DNA from: Ptychomitrium polyphyllum
Taxonomy: Eukaryota
DNA: 64,000 bases
Reading direction: 5' to 3'
NCBI GenBank assembly: GCA_973851085.1
Contig: OZ316776.1
Location: 10,354,001-10,418,000, forward strand
This document shows positions 54,001 to 64,000 of the stretch, in pieces (the first letter of the stretch is position 1; every line of letters starts with the position of its first letter). Made by a program: the position numbers and the translations under genes. Below the pieces are notes generated by a model. It did no database searches. It was given only the letters and a program-made list of their open reading frames with translations, and was not told the DNA's origin.

Positions 54001-57000
54001 GCCTTCAACTCTCCAATTTGCTGTGGTAGTTGCAGCAAGGATTAACACCCAGATAGGTCCAAGGACGTAAGAGCCTTCAACTCTCCAATTTGCTGTGGTA
54101 GTAGCTGCAGGGATGTTCATCCAGATAGGTCCAAGGACGTAAGAGCCTTCAACTCTCCAATCTGTTGTGGAAGTTGCTGCAAGGATGAACACCCAGATAT
54201 GTCCAAGGAAGTAAGAGCCTTCAACTCTCTAATTTGCTGTGGAAGTTGCTGCAAGGATAAACACCTAGATAGGTCCAAGGACGTAAGAGCCTTCAACTCT
54301 CCAATTTGCTATGGAAGTAGCTGCAAGGATGAACACCCAGATAGGTCCAAAGTTGTAAGAGCCTTCAACTCTTCAGTTTATCTGGAAGTTGCTCTAACGA
54401 TGTACACCATTGTAGGTTCAAGGAAGGAAGAGCCTTCAACTCTCCAATTTGCTATAAAAGTAGCTGCAAGGATGAACACCCAGATAGGTCTAAAGTTGTA
54501 TAGCCTTCAACTCTTCAGTTTATCTGGAAGTTGCTCTAACGATGTACACCATTGTAGGTTCAAGGAAGTAAGAGCCTTCAACTTTCTTATTTGGTGTGGA
54601 AGTTGCTGCAAGGATGAACACCCAGATAGGACCAAGGACATAAGAGCCTTCAACTCTCCAATTTGTTGTGGAAGTTGCTGCAAGGATGAACACCCAGATA
54701 TGTCCAAGGAAGTAAGAGCCTTCAACTCTCTAATTTGCTGTGGAAGTTGCTGCAAGGATAAACACCTAGATAGGTCCAAGGACGTAAGAGCCTTCAACTC
54801 TCCAATTTGCTGTGGAAGTTGCTGCAAGGATGAACACCCAGATAGGACCAAGGACATAAGAGCCTTCAACTCTCCAATTTGCTGTAGAAGTTGCTGCAAG
54901 GATAAACACCTAAATAGGTCCAAGGAAGTAAGAGCCTTCAACTCTCCAATTTGCTGTGGAAGTTGCTGCAAGGATGAACACCATAGGTCCAAGGACATAA
55001 GAGCCTTCAACTCTCCAATTTGCTGTGGAAGTTGCGGCAAGGATTAACACCTAGATAGGTCTAAGGAAGTAAGAGCCTTCAACTCTCTAATTTGCTGTGG
55101 AAGTTGCTGCAAGGATAAACACCTAGATAGGTCCAAGGACATAAGAGCCTTCAACTCTCCAATTTGCTGTGGAAGTTGCTGCAAGGATGAACACCCAGAT
55201 AGGTCCAAGGACGTAAGAGCCTTCAACTCTCCAATTTGTTGTGGAAGTTGCTGCAAGGATGAACACCCAGATAGGTCCAAGGACGTAAGAGCCTTCAACT
55301 CTCCAATTTGCTGTGGAAGTTGCTGCAAGGATGAACTCCCAGATATGTCCAAGGAAGTAAGAGCCTTCAACTCTCCAATTTGCTGTGGAAGTTGCTGCAA
55401 GGATAAACACCCAGATAGGTCCAAGCACGTAAGAGCCTTCAACTCTCCAATTTGCTATGGAAGTAGCTGTAAGGATGAACACCCAGATAGGTCCAAGGAC
55501 AAAAGAGCCTTCAACTCTCCAATTTGTTGTGGAAGTTGCTGCAAGGCTGAACACCCAGATATGTCCAAGGAAGTAAGAGCCTTCAACTCTCTAATTTGCT
55601 GTGGAAGTTGCTGCAAGGATAAACACCTAAATAGGTCCAAGGACGTAAGAGCCTTCAACTCTCCAATTTGTTGTGGAAGTTGCTGCAAGGATGAACACCC
55701 AGATAGGTCCAAGGACGTAAGAGCCTTCAACTCTCCAATTTGTTGTGGAAGTTGCTGCAAGGATGAACACCCAGATATGTCCAAGGAAGTAAGAGCCTTC
55801 AACTCTCTAATTTGCTATAGAAGTTGCTGCAAGGATAAACACCTAAATAGGTCCAAGGAAGTAAGAGCCTTCAACTCTCTAATTTGCTGTGGAAGTTGCA
55901 GCAAGGATAAACACCTAAATAGGTCCAAGGACGTAAGAGCCTTCAACTCTCCAATTTGCTGTGGAAGTTGCTGCAAGGATGAACACCCAGATATGTCCAA
56001 GGAAGTAAGAGCCTTCAACTCTCCAATTTGCTATAGAAGTTGCTGCAAGGATAAACACCTAAATAGGTCCAAGGAAGTAAGAGCCTTCAACTCTCTAATT
56101 TGCTGTGGAAGTTGCAGCAAGGATAAACACCTAAATAGGTCCAAGGACGTAAGAGCCTTCAACTCTCCAATTTGCTGTGGAAGTTGCTGCAAGGATGAAC
56201 ACTCAGATAGGTCCAAGGACATAAGAGCCTTCAACTCTCCAATTTGCTGTGGAAGTTGCGGCAAGGATTAACACCTAGATAGGTCCAAGGAAGTAAGAGC
56301 CTTCAACTCTCTAATTTGCTGTGGAAGTTGCTGCAAGGTTAAACACCTAGATAGGTCCAAGGACATAAGAGCCTTCAACTCTCCAATTTGCTGTGGAAGT
56401 TGCTGCAAGGATGAACACCCAGATAGGTCCAAGGACGTAAGAGCCTTCAACTCTCCAATTTGTTGTGGAAGTTGCTGCAAGGATGAACACCCAGATAGGT
56501 CCAAGGATGTAACATCCTTCAACTCTCCAATTTGTTGTGGAAGTTGCTGCAAGGATGAACACCTAGATATGTCCAAGGAAGTAAGAGCCTTCAACTCTCT
56601 AATTTGCTGTGGAAGTTGCTGCAAGGATAAACACCTAGATAGGTCGAAGGACGTAAGAGCCTTCAACTCTCCAATTTGCTATGGAAGTTGCTGCAAGGAT
56701 GAACACTCAGATAGGTCCAAGGACATAAGAGCCTTCAACTCTCCAATTTGCTGTGGAAGTTGCGGCAAGGATTAACACCTAGATAGGTCCAAGGAAGTAA
56801 GAGCCTTCAACTCTCCAATTTGCTGTGGAAGTTGCTGCACGGATGAACATCCAAATAGGTTCAAGGACGTCAAAGCCTTCAACTCTCCAATTTGCTGTGG
56901 AAGTTGCTGCAAGGATGAACACTTATATAGGCCGAAGGACGTAAGAGCCTTCAACTCTCCAATTTGCTGTGGAAGTTGCTGCAAGGATGAAAACCTAGAG

Positions 57001-60000
57001 AGGTCCAAGGACGTAAGAGCCTTCAACTCTCGAATTTGCTGTGGAAGTTGCAGCAAGGATGAACACCCAGAGAGGTCCAAGGACGTAAGAGCCTTCAACT
57101 CTCCAATTTGTTGTGGAAGTTGCTGCAAGGATGAACACCCAGATAGGTCCAAGGACATAAGAGCCTTCAACTCTCCAATTTGTTGTGGAAATCGCTGCAA
57201 GTATGAACATTTAGATAGGTCCAAGTACATAGGAGCCTTCAACTCTCGAATTTGTTGTGGAAGTTGCTGCAAGGATGAACGCCCAGATAGTTCCAAGGAC
57301 GTAAGAGCCTTCAACTCTCTTATTTGCTGTGGAAGTTGCTGCAAGGATGAACATCTAGATAGGTCCAAGGACATAAGAGCCTTCAACTTTCGAATTTGCT
57401 GTGGAAGTTGCTGCAAGGATGAACACCCAGAGAGGTCTAAGGACGTAAGAGCCTTCAACTCTCCAATTTGTTGTGGAAGTTGCTGCAAGGATGAACACCC
57501 AGATAGGTCCAAGGACATAAGAGCCTTCAACTCTCCAATTTGTTGTGGAAATCGCTGCAAGTATGAACATCCAGATAGGTCCAAGTACATAGGAGCCTTC
57601 AACTCTCGAATTTGTTGTGGAAGTTGCTGCAAGGATGAACGCCCAGATAGGTCCAAGGATGTAAGAGCCTTCAACTCTCTTATTTGCTGTGGAAGTTGCT
57701 GCAAGGATGAACATCTAGATAGGTCCAAGGACATAAGAGCCTTCAACTCTCCAATTTGTTGTGAAGTTGCTGCAAGGATGAACACCCAGATAGGTCCAAG
57801 GACATAAGAGCCTTCAACTCTCCAATTTGTTGTGGAAATCGCTGCAAGTATGAACATCCAGATAGGTCCAATTACATAGGAGCCTTCAACTCTCGAATTT
57901 GTTGTGGAAGTTGCTGCAAGGATGAACACCCAGATAGGTCCAAGGACGTAAGAGCCATCAACTCTCCAATTTGCTATGGAAGTAGCTGCAAGGATGAACA
58001 CCCAGATAGGTCCAAGGACGTAAGAGCCTTCAACTCTCCAATTTGCTGTGGAAGTTGCTGCAAGTATGAACATCCAGATAGGTCCAAGGATATAAGAGCC
58101 TTCAACTCTCGAATTTGCTGTGGAAGTTGCTGCAAGGATGAACACCCAGATAGGTCCAAGGACGTAAGAGCCTTCAACTCTCCAATTTGCTGTGGAAGTA
58201 GCTGCAAGGATGAACGCCCAGATAGGTCCAAGGATGTAAGAGCCTTCAACTCTCCAATTTGCTGTGGAAGTTGCTGCAAAGATGAACGCCCAGATAGGTC
58301 CAAGAACATAAGAGCCTTCAACTCTCGAACTTGCTGTGGAAGTTGCAGCAAGGATGAACACCCAGATAGGTCCAAGGACGTAAGAGCCTTCAACTCTCCA
58401 ATTTGCTGTAGAAGTTGCTGCATGTATGAACATCGAGATAAGTCCAAGGCCATAAGAGCCTTCAACTCTCGAATTTGCTATGGAAGTTGCTGCAAGGATG
58501 AACACCCAGATAGGTCCAAGGCGTACGAGCCTTCAACTCTCCAATTTGCTGTGGAAGTAGCTGCAAGGATGAACATCTAGATAGGTCCAAGGACATAAGA
58601 GCCTTCAACTCTCGAACTTGCTCTGGAAGTTGCTGCAAGGATGAACGCCCAGATAGGTCCAAGGACGTAAGAGCCTTCAACTCTCCAATTTGCTGTGGAA
58701 GTTGCTGCAAGTATGAACACCCAGATAGGTCCAAGGCCATAAGAGCCTTCAACTCTCGAATTTGATGTGGAAGTTGCTGCAAGGATGAACACCAAGATAG
58801 GTCCAAGGACGTAAGAGCCTTCAACTCTGCAATTTGCTGTGGAAGTTGCTGCAAGGATGAACACTTAGTTAGGCCCAAGGACGTAAGAGCCTTCAACTCT
58901 CGAATTTGCTGTGGAAGTTGCTGCAAGGATGAACACCCAGATATATCCAAGGACGTAAGAGTTTTCAACTCTCCAATTTCTTGTGGAAGTTGCTGCAAGG
59001 ATGAACACCCAGATAGGTCCAAGGACGTAAGAGCCTTTATTTCTCCAATTTGCTGTGGAAGTTGCTGCAAGGATAAACGCCCAAATAGGTCCAAGTTCAT
59101 AAGAGCCTTCAACTCTCCAATTTGTTGTAGAAGTTGCTGCAAGGATGAACACCCAGGTATGTCCAAGGACGTAAGAGCCTTCAACTCTTGAAGTTGCTGT
59201 GGAAGTTGCTGCAAGGATGAACACCCAGATAGGTCCAAGGACATAAGAGCCTTCAACTCTCCAACTTGCTGTGGAAGTTGCTGCAAGGATTAACATCCAG
59301 ATAGGTCCAAGGACGTAAGAGCCTTCAACTCTCCAATTTGCTGTGGTAGTAGCTGCAAGGATGGACACCCAGATAGGTCCAAGGACATAAGAGCCTTCAA
59401 CTCTCCAATTTGCTGTGGAAGTTGCTGCAAGGATGAACACCCAGATAGGTCCAAGGCGTAAGAGCCTTCAACTCTCCAATTTGCTGTGGAAGTTGCTGCA
59501 AGGATGAACACCCAGATAGGTCCAAGGACATAAGAGCCTTCAACTCTCCAATTTGCTGTAAAAGTTGCGGCAAGGATTAACACCTAGATAGGTCCAAGTA
59601 AGTAAGAGCCTTGAACTCTCTAATTTGCTGTGGAAGTTGCTGCAAGGATAAACACCTAGATAGGTCCAAGGACATAAGAGCCTTCAACTCTCCAATTTGC
59701 TGTGGAAGTTGCTGCAAGGATGAACACCCAGATAGGTCCAAGGACGTAAGAGCCTTCAACTCTCCAATTTGTTGTGGAAGTTGCTGCAAGGATGAACACC
59801 CAGATAGGTCCAAGGACGTAAGAGCCTTCAACTCTCCAATTTGTTGTGGAAGTTGCTGCAAGGATGAACACCCAGATAGGTCCAAGTAAGTAAGAGCCTT
59901 CAACTCTCTAATTTGCTGTGGAAGTTGCTGCAAGGATAAACACCAAGATAGGTCCAAGGAAGTAAGAGCCTTCAACTCTCTAATTTGTTGTGGAAGTTGC

Positions 60001-63000
60001 TGCAGGGATGAACACCCAGATAGGTCCAAGGACGTATGAGCCTTCAACTCTCCAATTTGTTGTGGAAGTTGCTGCAAGGATGAACACCCAGATAGGTCCA
60101 AGGACGTAAGAGCCTTCAACTCTCCAATTTATTGTCGAAGTTGCTGCAAGGATGAACACCCAGATAGGTCCAAGTAAGTAAGAGCCTTCAACTCTCTAAT
60201 TTGCTGTGGAAGTTGCTGCAAGGATAAACACCAAGATAGGTCCAAGGAAGTAAGAGCCTTCAACTCTCTAATTTGCTGTGGAAGTTGCTGCAGGGATGAA
60301 CACCCAGATAGGTCCAAGGACGTAAGAGCCTTCAACTCTCCAATTTGTTGTGGAAGTTGCTGCAAGGATGAACACCCAGAAATGTCCAAGGAAGTAAGAG
60401 CCTTCAACTCTCTAATTTGCTGTGGAAGTTGCTGCAAGGATAAACACCTAGATAGGTCCAAGGACGTAAGAGCCTTCAACTCTCCAATTTGCTGTGGTAG
60501 TAGCTGCAGGGATGGTCATCCAGATTGGTCCAAGGACGTAAGAGCCTTCAACTCTCCAATTTGCTGTGGTAGTAGCTGCAAGGATGGACATCCAGATAGG
60601 TCCAAGGACGTAAGAGCCTTCAACTCTCCAATTTGCTGTGGAAGTTGCTGCAAGGATGAACACCCAGATAGGTCCAAGGCGTAAGAGCCTTCAACTCTCC
60701 AATTTGCTGTGGAAGTTGCTGCAAGGATGAACACCCAGATAGGTCCAAGGACATAAGAGCCTTCAACTCTCCAATTTGCTGTAAAAGTTGCGGCAAGGAT
60801 TAACACCTAGATAGGTCCAAGTAAGTAAGAGCCTTGAACTCTCTAATTTGCTGTGGAAGTTGCTGCAAGGATAAACACCTAGATAGGTCCAAGGACATAA
60901 GAGCCTTCAACTCTCCAATTTGCTGTGGAAGTTGCTGCAAGGATGAACACCCAGATAGGTCCAAGGACGTAAGAGCCTTCAACTCTCCAATTTGTTGTGG
61001 AAGTTGCTGCAAGGATGAACACCCAGATAGGTCCAAGGACGTAAGAGCCTTCAACTCTCTAATTTGCTGTGGAAGTTGCTGCAAGGATAAACACCAAGAT
61101 AGGTCCAAGAAAGTAAGAGCCTTCAACTCTCTAATTTGCTGTGGAAGTTGCTGCAGGGATGAACACCCAGATAGGTCCAAGGACGTAAGAGCCTTCAACT
61201 CTCCAATTTGTTGTGGAAGTTGCTGCAAGGATGAACACCCAGAAATGTCCAAGGAAGTAAGAGCCTTCAACTCTCTAATTTGCTGTGGAAGTTGCTGCAA
61301 GGATAAACACCTAGATAGGTCCAAGGACGTAAGAGCCTTCAACTCTCCAATTTGCTGTGGTAGTAGCTGCAGGGATGGTCATCTTGATTGGTCCAAGGAC
61401 GTAAGAGCCTTCAACTCTCCAATTTGCTGTGGTAGTAGCTGCAAGGATGGACATCCAGATAGGTCCAAGGACGTAAGAGCCTTCAACTCTCCAATTTGCT
61501 GTGGAAGTTGCTGCAAGGATGAACACCCAGATAGGTCCAAGGCGTAAGAGCCTTCAACTCTCCAATTTGCTGTGGAAGTTGCTGCAAGGATGAACACCCA
61601 GATAGGTCCAAGGACATAAGAGCCTTCAACTCTCCAACTTGCTGTGGAAGTTGCTGCAAGGATGAACACCCAGATAGGTCCAAGGACGTAAGAGCCTTCA
61701 ACTCTCCAATTTGTTGTGGAAGTTGCTGCAAGGATGAACACCCAGATATGTCCAAGGAAGTAAGAGCCTTCAACTCTCTAATTTGCTGTGGAAGTTGCTG
61801 CAAGGATAAACACCTAGATAGGTCCAAGGACGTAAGAGCCTTCAACTCTCCAATTTGCTATGGAAGTAGCTGCAAGGATGAACACCCAGATAGGTCCAAA
61901 GTTGTAAGAGCCTTCAACTCTTCAGTTTATCTGGAAGTTGCTCTAACGATGTACACCATTGTAAGTTCAAGGAAGGAAGAGCCTTCAACTCTCCAATTTA
62001 CTATAAAAGTAGCTGCAAGGATGAACACCCAGATAGGTCTAAAGTTGTATAGCCTTCAACTCTTCAGTTTATCTGGAAGTTGCTCTAACGATGTACACCA
62101 TTGTAGGTTCAAGGAAGTAAGAGCCTTCAACTTTCTTATTTGGTGTGGAAGTTGCAGCAAGGATGAACACGTAAATAGGTCCAAAGACGTAAGAGCCTTC
62201 AACTATCCAATTTGTTGTGGAAGTTGCTGCAAGGATGAACACCTTGATAGGTCCAAGGCGTAAGAGCCTTCAACTCTCCAATTTGCTCTGAAAGTTGCTG
62301 CAAGATGAACACCTTGATAGGTCCAAGGACATAAGAGCCTTCAACTCTCCAATTTGCTGTGGAAGTTGCTACAAGGATGAACACCCAGATAGGTCCAAGG
62401 AAGTGAGAGCCTTCAACTCTCCAATTTGCTGTCGTAGTTGCTGCAAAAATGAACACCTTGATAGGTCCAAGGACATAAGAGCCTTCAACTCTCCAATTTG
62501 CTGTAAAAGTTGCGGCAAGGATTAACACCTAGATAGGTCCAAGGACGTAGGAGCCTTCAACTCTCCAATTTGCTATGGAAGTAGCTGCAAGGATGAACAC
62601 CCAGATAGGTCCAAGGCGTAAGAGCCTTCAATTCTCCAATTTTCTGTGGAAGTTGCTGCAAGGATGAACACCCAGATAGGTCCAAGGACATAAGAGCCTT
62701 CAACTCTCCAATTTGCTGTGGAAGTTGCTGCAAGGATGAACACCCAGATAGGTCCAAGGACGTAAGAGCCTTCAACTCTCCAATTTGTTGTGGAAGTTGC
62801 TGCAAGGATGAACACCCAGATAGGTCCAAGGACGTAAGAGCCTTCAACTCTCCAATTTGTTGTCGAAGTTGCTGCAAGGATGAACACCCAGATAGGTCCA
62901 AGTAAGTAAGAGCCTTCAACTCTCTAATTTGCTGTGGAAGTTGCTGCAAGGATAAACACCTAGATAGGTCCAAGAACGTAAGAGCCTTCAACTCTCCAAT

Positions 63001-64000
63001 TTGCTGTGGAAGTTGCTGCAGGGATGAACACCCAGATAGGTCCAAGGACGTAAGAGCTTTCAACTCTCCAATTTGTTGTGGAAGTTGCTGCAAGGATGAA
63101 CACCCAGATATGTCCAAGGAAGTAAGAGCCTTCAACTCTCTAATTTGCTGTGGAAGTTGCTGCAAGGATAAACACCTAGATAGGTCCAAGGACGTAAGAG
63201 CCTTCAACTCTCCAATTTGCTGTGGTAGTTGCAGCAAGGATTAACACCCAGATAGGTCCAAGGACGTAAGAGCCTTCAACTCTCCAATTTGCTGTGGAAG
63301 TTGCTGCAGGGATGAACACCCAGATAGGTCCAAGGACGTAAGAGCTTTCAACTCTCCAATTTGTTGTGGAAGTTGCTGCAAGGATGAACAACCAGATAGG
63401 TCCAAGGACGTAAGAGCCTTCAACTCTCCAATTTGCTGTGGAAGTTGCTGCAAGGATAAACACCTAGATAGGTCCAAGGACGTAAGAGCCTTCAACTCTC
63501 CAATTTGCTGTGGTAGTTGCAGCAAGGATTAACACCCAGATAGGTCCAAGGACGTAAGAGCCTTCAACTCTCCAATTTGCTGTGGTAGTAGCTGCAGGGA
63601 TGTTCATCCAGATAGGTCCAAGGACGTAAGAGCCTTCAACTCTCCAATCTGTTGTGGAAGTTGCTGCAAGGATGAACACCCAGATATGTCCAAGGAAGTA
63701 AGAGCCTTCAACTCTCTAATTTGCTGTGGAAGTTGCTGCAAGGATAAACACCTAGATAGGTCCAAGGACGTAAGAGCCTTCAACTCTCCAATTTGCTATG
63801 GAAGTAGCTGCAAGGATGAACACCCAGATAGGTCCAAAGTTGTAAGAGCCTTCAACTCTTCAGTTTATCTGGAAGTTGCTCTAACGATGTACACCATTGT
63901 AGGTTCAAGGAAGGAAGAGCCTTCAACTCTCCAATTTGCTATAAAAGTAGCTGCAAGGATGAACACCCAGATAGGTCTAAAGTTGTATAGCCTTCAACTC
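42044..64000 (-). repeat. Giant tandem array of a 72-bp unit (~305 copies in the window, open at the right edge), each encoding one 24-aa LRR
   Basis: Plus-strand consensus ccttcaactctccaatttgctgtggaagttgctgcaaggatgaacacccagataggtccaaggacgtaagag repeats head-to-tail with no spacers. The minus-strand translation LKALTSLDLSGCSSLQQLPQQIGE fits LxxLxxLxLxxCxxLxxLPxxIGx. Copy number estimated as length/72. Confidence 0.97.
42044..64000 (-). pseudogene. Fragmented NLR-type LRR coding region; any N-terminal NB-ARC or signalling domains would lie beyond the window
   Basis: Dozens of stop-free LRR segments (longest 45233-46387, 384 aa; ~56772-57760; 46888-47712; 44304-45020) are separated by TAA/TAG stops and 1-bp deletions. 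No NB-ARC, TIR or kinase domain is linked within the window. Confidence 0.7.

Noticed and set aside
57755..57770. 1-bp deletion creating the 577-aa chimeric ORF 56772-58505 as a programmed frameshift
   Set aside because: It is a unique GG>G loss absent from the paralogous copy (~46185), so it could be a private mutation or sequencing error; no slippery site is evident.
42044..64000. CRISPR-like or repeat-spacer array
   Set aside because: Units are contiguous 72-bp tandem copies with no unique spacers, there are no cas genes, and the context is eukaryotic.
42044..64000. A single intact giant LRR protein gene
   Set aside because: It contains dozens of in-frame stops and frameshifts and no intron-like sequence to remove them; the longest pure LRR ORF is 384 aa.

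Overview
Eukaryotic land-plant genomic DNA, probably a bryophyte (inferred from gene and TE families, not proven). 1-25 kb: three intact intron-containing genes on the minus strand, namely a CW-type zinc-finger protein (11 coding exons), a SOUL haem-binding protein (7 exons) and GABA transaminase (18 exons). An AT-rich decayed-TE region at about 10.3-15 kb lies between the first two and holds a kinase relic and an old LTR. 26-42 kb: a nest of Ty3/gypsy chromoviruses. One family is tRNA-iMet-primed and occurs as an old fragmented copy plus a probably chimeric near-complete copy. The other is a Tcn1/Tf1-like element with a clear self-priming signature and an extra 3' ORF. 42-64 kb, running off the window: an intron-less tandem array of about 305 copies of a 72-bp unit, each encoding one 24-aa NLR-type leucine-rich repeat (LKALTSLDLSGCSSLQQLPQQIGE). 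The array has nested higher-order repeats and an internal duplication with an ~11.6-kb offset, and the same stop and frameshift alleles recur throughout. It behaves like an LRR-cassette satellite or reservoir rather than a single gene and is the most unusual feature of the window. Exon boundaries were read by eye and no database searches were run.
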